Virus record (IMG/VR): IMGVR_UViG_3300044633_001084
Span: 1 to 35,868 of that record
Strand: one strand, 5' to 3'
Length of the DNA: 35,868 nucleotides
Origin: a virus
Taxonomy: Duplodnaviria > Caudoviricetes
The notes below the pieces were generated by a model. The model was not told the DNA's origin. It made no database searches and was given only the letters and a program-made list of their open reading frames with translations. Made by a program: the position numbers and the translations under genes. This document shows positions 25,696 to 34,878 of the stretch, in pieces (position 1 is the first letter of the stretch; each line of letters begins with the position of its first letter).

Positions 25696-25718
25696 AACCG
25701 CTAACCAATAATCACCAA

Positions 25719-26312
25719 CTAAAAAGGTGTTTCATCCTCAGCGTCAAGCACTGGATTGTTATCATTTGCATCTGCAAAAAGTTTAAATGCCATTTGCTCT
25801 AGGAATTGCATCATGTCGGAATCATCCCACTGCTCTTTGCCTTTGACCTTAATCTTCACCATTTGAGGCAATCCGTTTGGATCCTCTCTGGTGTAAGCTG
25901 GTGCAATTTTCTCGCCATCTTGATACAAAGTTACACCAGTGATGATCTTTGTAGCGTCAAGCTTGTCCTTCATTGCCCAAGGCATAAAGCGTACATCTTT
26001 AGATGTGTCTAGATTTGGCAATGCTTTTAAAAAGCTTGATGCATAGCGACTGGAATAAGGCAAGCTAACTACATAGCTAGCATCGCCATCCTTAAAATGC
26101 AACTGCCACTGCGTGCCATAGTCATTGGTGCGCGTGGTGATGTTCTCTAGCTTTGCAGTGAGATCCTTGAATCTCTCTTCAAACACTAGCTTGCCGGTTT
26201 TTGTTAAGCGCTCCGTTGTGCGCTCGTTTGCTTGTTTGTGTTGGCGTACTAAGTTGCCGTCCGCAACACTGAGGTAAGTTGTGTTAACACCTCCTAATTG
26301 TGATAAAGCCAT
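25719..26312 (-). CDS. Putative ssDNA-binding/annealing protein
   Basis: Beta-rich with an acidic, aromatic-ending tail 'DAEDETPF'. First gene after the early promoter, near the exonuclease. Confidence 0.6.
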   Translation of the reverse strand: MALSQLGGVNTTYLSVADGNLVRQHKQANERTTERLTKTGKLVFEERFKDLTAKLENITTRTNDYGTQWQLHFKDGDASYVVSLPYSSRYASSFLKALPNLDTSKDVRFMPWAMKDKLDATKIITGVTLYQDGEKIAPAYTREDPNGLPQMVKIKVKGKEQWDDSDMMQFLEQMAFKLFADANDNNPVLDAEDETPF

Positions 26313-26345
26313 AATATAAAATGTAGTTTGTTTTGACTACGAGGA

Positions 26346-26408
26346 CAAAGCTAAGTATTTTGTTTTAAATAAAAAACTTTTTTTTTAAATTTATTTTAAC
26401 TATGTTTG
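26346..26408. promoter_or_regulatory. Divergent promoter pair
   Basis: Minus-strand TAGCTTTG (26346-26353) and plus-strand TATGTTTG (26401-26408) both match TAnnTTTG at the strand switch. Confidence 0.75.
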
Positions 26409-26430
26409 CAGCAAATCAAAAACAAAACAA

Positions 26431-26571
26431 ATGAAAAAAGAAACAAGAGGCCGTAAGCCACTACCCGAAAGAGAAAAAAAGAAACCATTATACATAATGG
26501 TGCAGTCAAAATTTATTAAAGAGGTTAAACCAAAACTAAAAGAAATTGAGAGAGAGTATTCTGCAAAGTAA
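26431..26571 (+). CDS. Small basic DNA-binding protein candidate (46 aa; not in the ORF track)
   Basis: MKKETRGRKPLPEREKKKPLYIMVQSKFIKEVKPKLKEIEREYSAK. AT-hook-like RGRKP; first gene after the rightward promoter. Confidence 0.7.
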   Translation: MKKETRGRKPLPEREKKKPLYIMVQSKFIKEVKPKLKEIEREYSAK

Positions 26572-26794
26572 AGTCATCCGTCATTTTGAATTGCTGGGCT
26601 GGTATGTAGTTAAAATCATTCAGTGCAATAAAAATGGCATGCCGGATCTTATGTTATTAAAAGATGGCAAGACATTTTTTATAGAATGCAAGGCAGAGAA
26701 AGGCAGACTGAGTGAATTGCAAAAGTATCGCCATGAGCAATTACAAGAATTAGGATTTGAAGTGAGAACAATTTATAAAATGCAAGAACTATGA
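26546..26794 (+). CDS. VRR-NUC domain nuclease
   Basis: 'ESILQ', 'GMPDL' and 'FIECKAEKGRLSELQ'. Confidence 0.9.
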   Translation: MRESILQSKVIRHFELLGWYVVKIIQCNKNGMPDLMLLKDGKTFFIECKAEKGRLSELQKYRHEQLQELGFEVRTIYKMQEL

Positions 26795-27090
26795 TAAAAA
26801 CAAAGCAAGAATTAATTGATGAACTTAATGATCTATCAAATCATTATTATACATTATCCGAATATGATACTTGTCATGGTATCGGAGTAGCAGTTGAATA
26901 CATAATGGCAAATTTAATGCATCAAGAAACTGCAAAAGATAAAGGCATAATGCTAAATATAAATAATTATCGCATGAAGCTTTGGTGTGATATGTTTATA
27001 GAATATAAAAAGGGAGGTCATGATAGGCAAACATCTGCCTCTTCTGCAAGCAAAGATTTACAAATGTTTGATTTACAATTTAACCTATAA
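26791..27090 (+). CDS. Hypothetical protein
   Basis: 99 aa; ATGA overlap with the VRR-NUC gene. Confidence 0.6.
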   Translation: MIKTKQELIDELNDLSNHYYTLSEYDTCHGIGVAVEYIMANLMHQETAKDKGIMLNINNYRMKLWCDMFIEYKKGGHDRQTSASSASKDLQMFDLQFNL

Positions 27091-27093
27091 CCA

Positions 27094-29589
27094 ATGATTA
27101 AAGCTGCCAACTATTACACAAAGCAAGGATTTTCCGTTATACCAATCGGGGAAAATAAGCGTGCCGTTTTTCCTTGGACGGAGTTTCAGTCACGCATCAT
27201 GGATGATGCAACAATACAACACCAGTTTACAAATGATCGTTGCAAAAATATTGCGATCATAGGCGGTGCCGTATCTGGCGGACTTGAGATTATAGATGTG
27301 GATCTTAAATATGATGTGAGCGGCAACCTTTGGCAAAGACTACAAGATGCACTGGCCGATCTTATGCCGCTACTTTATGTAGTGCGCACAAAGTCCGGCG
27401 GTTATCATTTGTACTACCGATGCGAAGAGGTGCAAGGCAATCAAAAGCTTGCCATGCGCAACGCTACAAAAGATGAATTAAAAGAAACACCACACGCAAA
27501 AGAGATCGTATTAATTGAGACGCGCGGTGAAGGTGGCTATGTGCTAGCGCCGCCATCCGAAGGCTACACAAAAGAGAAAGACTTTGTCATCAATGTGATT
27601 ACACTTGAGCAAAGAGATAGCATCTTATCTATTTGCAGATCATTCAATGAAGTTGTCAAAGAGGTGCGCACGCAAGTTGTGGCAGACTCGGACACTTACC
27701 AGACAACGCCGTGGGATGACTACAATAGCAAATGCGATGTGGTCGCACTACTTGAGGCGCATGGCTGGACTTACATAGAGTCGCGTGGCGAGCGTGACTT
27801 TCTTAAAAGGCCCGGCAAGACTGACTCGCACATCTCGGCCGACTATCACAAAGGCCTCGGACTATTTAAAGTATTTAGCACAAGCACAGAGTTTGACACC
27901 GGCAAAGGTTATAAGCCGTTTGCTATTTATGCAACGCTTGAGCATAATGGTAACTTTAGCGAAGCCGCAAAGCAACTGGTGAAGGATGGCTATGGTGAGC
28001 AACGCAATAGGATCGGAGGCAACATTAAAAAAGACTTTGTCAATAAAAAAGATGAAGGCATTGACAATGAGAACATCGCTGCCTACTTATCACAAAAGCA
28101 TAAGCTTGACATTAAGCAAGCTAAAAAGTTAGTGCAAGACATGGACTCGGATAATGACACGCAACTGCTTACATTCTGGTCAGTAACAAAAGGCCAGATC
28201 ACAATTGATCGTTATAAGCTGATCAGTCTTTTATCAAATGAAGGTGGCTTTTATCTTTACTACTATGATAAAAAGTTAAACTATCAACTGGTGCGTGTAG
28301 TAGATAACTTTGTCAGTGAGACGAATATTGAGCAGATCAAAAAGTATTTGATCAACTATATTGACGCCATCCCTTATGATAACTTTGACGGCATTAATAA
28401 GATGAGATTGCGTGAAGTGATCTACAAAGGTGCAGATGCTTATTTTAATAAAGCACTCTTTGAATTTATGCCTAACATAGAATTAAAGTTTCTTAAGCAT
28501 ACCAAAGACTCTGCATATTATCCATTCCTTAATGGTGTGGTGCATGTCACAAAAGATAAAAAGGAATTGCTAAAGTATGGCGCGATCAATATGCATGTGT
28601 GGCGCGATCAAGTGATCCAGTACAAGATTGACATTGATCATGACATTGATTATGAGAATGTGCAGTACACTAAATTCATTAATAAGATCAGCAATTCGGA
28701 CAAAGAGCGCGAAGCTTATGCAATTAGTTTGATCGGTTATCTTTTGCACACTTACAAAGATCCTACCAAATCTTTTGCAGTGATCCTAGCAGAAGAGACA
28801 GAAGATGAGGCACAAGGTGGTGGCGCCGGCAAAGGTTTATTTTTTAAAGCTATTGGCAAGCTGATCAATCTTGTCTCTATTGATGGCAAGAACTTTAAGC
28901 TTGACAAGTCCTTTGCATTCCAAAGAGTTGAGTTAAGCACGCAGTTGATCGTCATTGAGGATTGCCGTAAGAATGTGGACTTTGAAGGTTTCTACTCTAA
29001 GATCACAGAAGGGGTGACCATAGAGAAAAAAAACAAAGACGAGGTTTATATATCCTACGAGGACTCACCAAAGTTTGGATTTACTACCAACTACACTATC
29101 AACTACTCTGGTGGTCATGGCAAGCGCCGTGTTAAGGTGATTGAGTTTAGCAGTTTCTTTAATCATAAGAATACACCGCTTGATTTCTTTGGTGGCAAAG
29201 CATTGTTTAATGACTGGGATCATGATGAATGGAATCGCTTTTACAATTACATGATTGAATGCGTCCAGATATACCTTGAGGCCGGCATCCCAGCACTGGA
29301 CAATAGCGACACAATCATTCGTAAGAATGTCAAGCTTAACTTTGGCGAGGATTTCCTAGACTATTACGATAGTTTAGAAGGTGACAAATGGATGGAGTTT
29401 GGGATTGAATACACATCATTTTTAAATACGAACGATCTTGACAAGAAAGACTACACCCAATTGAGATTTAAAAAAGGCATACAAGTTGCCAGTGATCTGT
29501 TTGGGTATTCTATTGAAACAAGACGTAACCGACAAAATAACAACAAACATGAGTTTAAAATCTTATCTAAGTCCGATAGCTGCATTTGA
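27094..29589 (+). CDS. Bifunctional primase-polymerase fused to an SF3/D5-like helicase
   Basis: Prim-pol motifs 'GFSVIP', 'IIDVD', 'TKSGGYHLYY' and 'IETRGEGGYVLAPPS'. Helicase motifs: Walker A 'GGGAGKG', 'IVIED' and 'FTTN'. Confidence 0.9.
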   Translation: MIKAANYYTKQGFSVIPIGENKRAVFPWTEFQSRIMDDATIQHQFTNDRCKNIAIIGGAVSGGLEIIDVDLKYDVSGNLWQRLQDALADLMPLLYVVRTKSGGYHLYYRCEEVQGNQKLAMRNATKDELKETPHAKEIVLIETRGEGGYVLAPPSEGYTKEKDFVINVITLEQRDSILSICRSFNEVVKEVRTQVVADSDTYQTTPWDDYNSKCDVVALLEAHGWTYIESRGERDFLKRPGKTDSHISADYHKGLGLFKVFSTSTEFDTGKGYKPFAIYATLEHNGNFSEAAKQLVKDGYGEQRNRIGGNIKKDFVNKKDEGIDNENIAAYLSQKHKLDIKQAKKLVQDMDSDNDTQLLTFWSVTKGQITIDRYKLISLLSNEGGFYLYYYDKKLNYQLVRVVDNFVSETNIEQIKKYLINYIDAIPYDNFDGINKMRLREVIYKGADAYFNKALFEFMPNIELKFLKHTKDSAYYPFLNGVVHVTKDKKELLKYGAINMHVWRDQVIQYKIDIDHDIDYENVQYTKFINKISNSDKEREAYAISLIGYLLHTYKDPTKSFAVILAEETEDEAQGGGAGKGLFFKAIGKLINLVSIDGKNFKLDKSFAFQRVELSTQLIVIEDCRKNVDFEGFYSKITEGVTIEKKNKDEVYISYEDSPKFGFTTNYTINYSGGHGKRRVKVIEFSSFFNHKNTPLDFFGGKALFNDWDHDEWNRFYNYMIECVQIYLEAGIPALDNSDTIIRKNVKLNFGEDFLDYYDSLEGDKWMEFGIEYTSFLNTNDLDKKDYTQLRFKKGIQVASDLFGYSIETRRNRQNNNKHEFKILSKSDSCI

Positions 29590-29731
29590 AAAATGGCTAA
29601 AGGATAACCCAGAAGGTGGCATTTTTGAGTGGGATGGACAAAAAGTTAAGGTGCAAAAGCGTCAAAATTGTGCAAAAACGAGCAAAAATGTGCATGTTGC
29701 ACAATTTTCGCACAATTTTGAAACTACTTAA
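29549..29731 (+). CDS. Possible small hypothetical protein
   Basis: 60 aa from ATG 29549. Its 3' half overlaps the repeat-rich candidate origin, so the call is uncertain. Confidence 0.35.
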   Translation: MSLKSYLSPIAAFEKWLKDNPEGGIFEWDGQKVKVQKRQNCAKTSKNVHVAQFSHNFETT

Positions 29732-29874
29732 ATCATTGATTTATAAATAAATACAACATTTGTACTCGGTGTACTCTATTTTTTTGATTTTTTAGGGGGG
29801 GGGGGTAAAAATAAAAAAAAAGAGTATAGGAATAAAAAAACACGCAAAAACCAAGTACATTGAGTACATTTGTA
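29663..29874. other. Candidate replication origin: nested inverted repeats, IHF-like site and G11 tract
   Basis: AAAATTGTGCAA/TTGCACAATTTT; TAAATCA-T-TGATTTA; TGTACTC x2 facing AAGTACA/GAGTACA; G11 at 29795-29805. Lies directly after the primase-helicase gene. Confidence 0.55.
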
Positions 29875-29880
29875 TAAATA

Positions 29881-30402
29881 ATGAAAGATTGCTATAAACA
29901 TATTGAAAGCATCTACCGGTCACCACAGATTAATCAACTGATCAAAAGTGTGCGTCCAGAGTCATTGCAAGACGATTTAAGGCAAGAAATGGCTTTAGCC
30001 TTGCTCGGCATTGATTGTGATAAAATAAACGAAATTTGGGCCTCTAATGGCCTTTTAGGATTTTCTATTAAGATTATCACTAATATGGCCTTTAGCAGCA
30101 CAAGCCAGTTTTATAAGAAATTTAGGAAAAATGAATATGAGAAAGCGATCATGTACCTAAAAAGCCAGCTAAAGTTACCAGAATTAAATCCTACCTTTGC
30201 TAAGATAGCAAATCAAAGATTGATTGACAAGTATGGCGAAGATGAGATGCAAGCACACGAGGCAATACTCTTCAATAAATATGTTGAATTTAGATCATGT
30301 AAAAAGGTAGCGGAGTTTTATAACATACCAGAGAAACATGTCAAAGATATTATTCGTAAAACAAAACTTGAACTTAAAACATTATGCTTACAATCATTCT
30401 AG
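29881..30402 (+). CDS. Sigma-70/ECF-like transcription factor (probable late regulator)
   Basis: Region-2-like 'QDDLRQEMALALL' and region-4-like HTH 'SCKKVAEFYNIPEKHVKDIIRKTK'. Confidence 0.65.
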   Translation: MKDCYKHIESIYRSPQINQLIKSVRPESLQDDLRQEMALALLGIDCDKINEIWASNGLLGFSIKIITNMAFSSTSQFYKKFRKNEYEKAIMYLKSQLKLPELNPTFAKIANQRLIDKYGEDEMQAHEAILFNKYVEFRSCKKVAEFYNIPEKHVKDIIRKTKLELKTLCLQSF

Positions 30403-30623
30403 CGGCTTTCTTTTTTGCGTATTATTTCGTGAACGTGGCCAAAATAGTTTATGTTATAAAAAAGGTATGGCAGATTCCTTTTGAGAAAAGGATGAAGCCT
30501 TTTGACTGCGTGACATGCTTAAGCGTGTGGACGGCAGTGCTTTTATATTTCATGCCGATTGAATATTCACAATTTATTTGTGTTATATTTGGTGCTGGAT
30601 TTATAGGACAAAAAATTAAATAA
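30384..30623 (+). CDS. Small membrane protein with CxxC (DUF1360-like)
   Basis: 'KPFDCVTCLSVW' flanked by hydrophobic helices. Confidence 0.65.
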   Translation: MLTIILAAFFFAYYFVNVAKIVYVIKKVWQIPFEKRMKPFDCVTCLSVWTAVLLYFMPIEYSQFICVIFGAGFIGQKIK

Positions 30624-30624
30624 C

Positions 30625-30870
30625 ATGCAACCAGTACTCTTGCCGATTCTTTGTCACAATAGTGACACAATCTTATTTAGTGAATTAGGTGTTGAATATA
30701 AATTCAGCGATCTAGAAGAGGTTGAGTTTTTATTTTTTAACATTGACTATGCATGTGGCAATTTTAAGCAAGGCAAAGAGTACACAGAGATTGTGTGTGA
30801 TGGTGATGCTTATGTTGTGAATTTAACTTTTGATCAATTTAAACAATTATTCATATCATGGCAAAAGTAA
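30625..30870 (+). CDS. Hypothetical acidic protein
   Basis: 81 aa; tightly packed in the operon. Confidence 0.65.
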   Translation: MQPVLLPILCHNSDTILFSELGVEYKFSDLEEVEFLFFNIDYACGNFKQGKEYTEIVCDGDAYVVNLTFDQFKQLFISWQK

Positions 30871-30980
30871 GCAATGACTCACGCAAGGTCACATTTGGCA
30901 AACGCAAAATAGGATCAGCAAAAAAAAGCTACAACAAGCATTCACCCAAACCTAAGAAATATCGTGGACAAGGACGCTAA
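30858..30980 (+). CDS. Small highly basic peptide ending YRGQGR (40 aa; not in the ORF track)
   Basis: MAKVSNDSRKVTFGKRKIGSAKKSYNKHSPKPKKYRGQGR. Fills the gap between neighbouring genes. Confidence 0.7.
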   Translation: MAKVSNDSRKVTFGKRKIGSAKKSYNKHSPKPKKYRGQGR

Positions 30981-31989
30981 GATCATACAAGTACTTGGCA
31001 TCACACAAAAGCTAAGCGGTTGCGGATGGCATAGAGTAATGCTGCCTTTGGCATTTATGCCAGACTCTTACAACCATGTGTGCAATGTACCTACAAAAGA
31101 AATACTTGAAGAGAGGCGATTTGATATTTTGTTGTATAACAGATTCAGTCAATTTGATAATGACTGGGATGAGACAAAGCAGCACTTTAAAGTAGTGATG
31201 GATCTGGATGATGACTGGGAATTGCCATACAACCATCCTTTGTATTATGGGTATGAGGCACACAAAAAGCGGATCATTAACAACATCTTTAATGCTGATC
31301 TTGTGACATGCACAAATCAAAGGATCGCTGACAAGGTGAGCAAGTACAACAAGAAAGTATTAATACTGCCTAACTGCATACCTTATGGTGAGCATCAATA
31401 CAATGGTGACAAATACGAAAGCGACAAGACTCGTATCTTTTGGGCCGGCGGATCTACACACCTTGAGGATATTAAGTTGCTAGCAAATCCTTTTAAAAGA
31501 CTGACTGCATTAAAAGATATTGAGATGGTGCTTGGCGGATATACTGACACAGATCCAGTGAGCAAATCATACTGGGATAAGATACATTCAATGTTTACGA
31601 ATGGCGGAAAGTTAGCTAATAGAAAACTTATAAGCGAACTGCCAAGCAATTACATGGAGCATTTTAAACATGCAGACATTATGGTTGTGCCTTTGCAAGA
31701 GTCACCATGGCATGCGAGCAAAAGCAATTTAAAGCTACTTGAGGCGGCAGCTAAAAGAGTGGCAGTGATTGTGAGTGATGTTGAGCCATACAACCTAGAC
31801 AAAGATGCACCAGTGCTATGGGTAAAAAATCAAGCAGACTGGTTTAAGCATTTATCATACTTAGTAAATAACCCAGACGAAAGGATCAAGATGGGCAATG
31901 ATCTTTTTGAGTGGGCAAAAAACAAATACAATCATGAGCGAATTAATGAAGCTAGACGATCAGCATTTGCAGACCTTGTTAAGGCATAA
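30964..31989 (+). CDS. GT-B fold glycosyltransferase (GT4-like)
   Basis: 'SGCGWHR', 'MDLDDDW', 'WAGGSTHLED' and 'KSNLKLLEAAA...SDVEPY'. Confidence 0.85.
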   Translation: MDKDAKIIQVLGITQKLSGCGWHRVMLPLAFMPDSYNHVCNVPTKEILEERRFDILLYNRFSQFDNDWDETKQHFKVVMDLDDDWELPYNHPLYYGYEAHKKRIINNIFNADLVTCTNQRIADKVSKYNKKVLILPNCIPYGEHQYNGDKYESDKTRIFWAGGSTHLEDIKLLANPFKRLTALKDIEMVLGGYTDTDPVSKSYWDKIHSMFTNGGKLANRKLISELPSNYMEHFKHADIMVVPLQESPWHASKSNLKLLEAAAKRVAVIVSDVEPYNLDKDAPVLWVKNQADWFKHLSYLVNNPDERIKMGNDLFEWAKNKYNHERINEARRSAFADLVKA

Positions 31990-32176
31990 GCATTTTTATG
32001 ATCTGTTCAAGACAACCGGTGAACTGGTTGGATTTACACATGAGATCCAAAACGAACTGGCAGAAGTCATGCGCACAAAAGATCCGTACTACACATACAA
32101 CGGCAGATGTGGTGCATGCGTGGGATCATTTTTAGTTAACGTATATAAAACATTCAATGAGTACATTCATTCATAA
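31934..32176 (+). CDS. Hypothetical protein with CxxC
   Basis: 80 aa from ATG 31934; 'RCGACVG'. Confidence 0.6.
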   Translation: MSELMKLDDQHLQTLLRHKHFYDLFKTTGELVGFTHEIQNELAEVMRTKDPYYTYNGRCGACVGSFLVNVYKTFNEYIHS

Positions 32177-32642
32177 GACGGCCATTGTAGGGCCAAATGT
32201 CACACTAGGTGACAATGTTTACATCGGGCCATATTGTGTGATCGGTGAGCCAGCAGAGCATAAGCTATTCTGGAATGCGCCAGTAGGCGAAGTTGTGATC
32301 GGTGATGACTGCGTGATCACTGGTCATGTGACTATTGATGCCGGCACAATTGACAAGACAATAATCGGTGCTGGTGTTTGGATGCTTAAGCATTCACATG
32401 TAGGTCATGACTGCGTGATTGGTAACAATGTAACAATCAGTTGCGGTGCAAAGATCGGTGGTCATACTATTGTCGGTGATGGCTGCAACATTGGACTTAA
32501 TGCAGTGATCCATCAAAAGCAAGTGATTGCTAAAGGATGCATGATCGGTATGGGTGCCGTGGTAACAAGAAAGCTACACACAACACACGCAACAAAATAT
32601 GCTGGCAACCCAGCAAAGGAAATAGGCAAAAACATATTTTAA
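32157..32642 (+). CDS. Hexapeptide-repeat (LbH) acyl/acetyltransferase, LpxA-like
   Basis: Hexapeptide repeats, 'TIDAGT', LpxA-type 'HVGHDC' and 'AGNPAK'. Lacks the LpxA helical C-domain. Confidence 0.85.
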   Translation: MSTFIHKTAIVGPNVTLGDNVYIGPYCVIGEPAEHKLFWNAPVGEVVIGDDCVITGHVTIDAGTIDKTIIGAGVWMLKHSHVGHDCVIGNNVTISCGAKIGGHTIVGDGCNIGLNAVIHQKQVIAKGCMIGMGAVVTRKLHTTHATKYAGNPAKEIGKNIF

Positions 32643-33284
32643 ATGAAAGTATTAATAGCTGGCTTGACTTATGGCAAAAGACCTCTTGACATAATGTATC
32701 AAAATATATTTAAATGTGGATTTGATGCTCATTGGCTTGAGGTAGTAAAAGAAGTCGGAGGCTTTGATGTAAGTGTAGTTGAAATAAATACCGAAGGCAT
32801 AGCCAACGCAATGAATGAAGCTATTGACATTGCTGGTGTGGATGGCTATGATGCAATTGCGTATTTAGCAAATGACATTATTGAGCCGGACAATTGGCTT
32901 GCTAAAAAGGTTGAGGCACTAGAGACTTACCCAGATGCCGGCATTGTGGCAAGCAGCTTGGACAGAGAAAGGCGTGGCATAAATAGTCAGCATATTATAA
33001 GCAACTGGCTACTTAGTATGAAGGTAGTTGATAAGATCGGCATCTTTAATGAGTCCATGTTTCCTTATGGGCCTATTGATCTGGACTATTGTGAGAGGGC
33101 CAACCTAGCTGGATTTAATACCTACTATGTGATGGACTGCCTTGCCGAGCATATAGGCGGCCATGCATCTGGTGATGAATATGGCTATAACAAAACCGAA
33201 CTATTACAAAAGAATTGGGCGCAACATGAAGCCGATATAAGAGGCTATCGTGATGGCACTAAAAATATAAAACTATGGAAATAA
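32643..33284 (+). CDS. GT2-like glycosyltransferase
   Basis: 'GIANAMNEA', 'YLANDII...WL' and 'IGIFNESMFPYGPIDLDYCERA...GF'. Confidence 0.75.
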   Translation: MKVLIAGLTYGKRPLDIMYQNIFKCGFDAHWLEVVKEVGGFDVSVVEINTEGIANAMNEAIDIAGVDGYDAIAYLANDIIEPDNWLAKKVEALETYPDAGIVASSLDRERRGINSQHIISNWLLSMKVVDKIGIFNESMFPYGPIDLDYCERANLAGFNTYYVMDCLAEHIGGHASGDEYGYNKTELLQKNWAQHEADIRGYRDGTKNIKLWK

Positions 33285-33703
33285 GAGAGCATGTGACTAA
33301 AAAGTTCAAAGACATTGATGAAGAGAAATTGATGGAGTTGGCCTTTGCATATTGTGATAATTGCATGGAGGGCCAAAAGCAAGTGGCAACTGGATCGGGC
33401 AAGATTGTTGAGATTAGAGATCGCTTTGTGCCAACGATTGATTATTTCTTAGATCATTGGTTAAGAAAGCATGACTTTGAATTTTACACAAGAATGGGCC
33501 TTTGGAAAATAAGACAAGATCCTACGCATCCTTATCATGAGGTGGCTAATAGGATCGTATTTATGTTTAAGTCATTGGCTATTGATATTGTAGCAAATGA
33601 AGGCAAAGCAATTTTCTATGCAAAGAATGCACTTGGCATGACTGATCGCGCAACTACTGAAAATACAAACATAGAAACAATCACAATCAAGTATGAATCT
33701 TGA
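33275..33703 (+). CDS. terS: Terminase small subunit
   Basis: 'AFAYCDNC', 'VPTIDYF' and 'AIFYAKNALGMTDR'. Overlaps the terL start. Confidence 0.72.
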   Translation: MEIREHVTKKFKDIDEEKLMELAFAYCDNCMEGQKQVATGSGKIVEIRDRFVPTIDYFLDHWLRKHDFEFYTRMGLWKIRQDPTHPYHEVANRIVFMFKSLAIDIVANEGKAIFYAKNALGMTDRATTENTNIETITIKYES

Positions 33704-34859
33704 CATAAAACTACCTAAGCCACACCCAGCACAAAAGCAAGTGCTTGACTCGGAGGCTCGTTTTAGAGTGATGATGTGTGGCAGAAGGTTTGGCAAGTCA
33801 TTGATCAGTCAAAACATATCTATTGAGACCGGATTGAAGAGACAACATGTTGCATACATCACGCCAACATATCAGCTTGGCAAGATGTTTTTTAAGGAAA
33901 TATGTAAGATACTACCAGATAAGGTTTATAAAAAGAATGAGACAGATTTGCTTATTGACTTTGTCACTGGCGGATCTGTTCGCTTTTATACTGGTGAAAG
34001 GCTTGACGCAATGCGTGGTACTAAATATCATCTGGTGATCATAGATGAGGCATCCTATATTCCAAATCTAGAGGATGGCTGGAATAATTCAATAAGACCT
34101 ACGCTTACTGACTACAAAGGCAAGGCTATATTTTTAAGCACGCCAAGAGGCAAGAACTATTTTTATAGCATGTTTATGCGTGGTGGTGAGCCTAACTGGG
34201 AATCTTTTAAATTTACTACCTATGACAACCCACACATTGATCCCACTGAGATTGACGCAGCAGCAGCACAACTACCGGCAGTGGTATTCAAGCAAGAGTA
34301 CATGGCAGATCCTATGGAAAATGCAGCCAACCCTTTTGGTAGTGATTTTATATACGCTTGTACCAGAGAAACAAAAGGTGTAGCTGCTTATTATGGTATT
34401 GACTTGGCCAAGTCTGTGGACTGGTCAGTAATCATAGGCATGGACAAGCAAGGCAATGTGGTACACTTTGAGCGCTTTCAAAAAGACTGGATGCAAACCA
34501 AAGAGACGATCTTAAGATTGCCAAAGAATCTGCCGATCGTAATTGATAGCACTGGTGTGGGTGATGCCATAGTTGAAGAGTTACAAAAGAAGTTCACGCA
34601 GATGCATGGCTTTAAGTTTACGGCTACAAGCAAGCAGCAATTGCTTGAGTCACTAAGCAGCGCCATTCAAACTAAGTCAATCAGCTATCCAGATGGCCCG
34701 ATCAAACAAGAGTTAGAGGTATTTGAGTACACATTCACACCTACTGGTGTGAGGTACTCTGCACCGCAAGGCTTTCATGATGACTGCGTGATTGCTTTGG
34801 CCTTGGCTAACAAATGCCGTATTGATCATAAACAAGTGGGCAAGTACCATGTTATCTAA
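33693..34859 (+). CDS. terL: Terminase large subunit
   Basis: 'GRRFGKS', 'VIIDEAS', 'FLSTPRGKN', nuclease 'GIDLAKSVD' and 'HDDCVIALAL'. Confidence 0.95.
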   Translation: MNLDIKLPKPHPAQKQVLDSEARFRVMMCGRRFGKSLISQNISIETGLKRQHVAYITPTYQLGKMFFKEICKILPDKVYKKNETDLLIDFVTGGSVRFYTGERLDAMRGTKYHLVIIDEASYIPNLEDGWNNSIRPTLTDYKGKAIFLSTPRGKNYFYSMFMRGGEPNWESFKFTTYDNPHIDPTEIDAAAAQLPAVVFKQEYMADPMENAANPFGSDFIYACTRETKGVAAYYGIDLAKSVDWSVIIGMDKQGNVVHFERFQKDWMQTKETILRLPKNLPIVIDSTGVGDAIVEELQKKFTQMHGFKFTATSKQQLLESLSSAIQTKSISYPDGPIKQELEVFEYTFTPTGVRYSAPQGFHDDCVIALALANKCRIDHKQVGKYHVI

Positions 34860-34878
34860 TAAATATATCTAATAAAGT

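Noticed and set aside
26313-26430. Lysogeny switch (cI/cro) at the divergent promoters
   Set aside because: The flanking genes are SSB-like and a small basic peptide. No integrase, S24-peptidase repressor or partition genes are visible.
32157-32642. True lpxA (lipid A biosynthesis)
   Set aside because: Only 161 aa and missing the LpxA C-terminal helical domain. Its position among GTs favours a sugar acyl/acetyltransferase, so no symbol is given.
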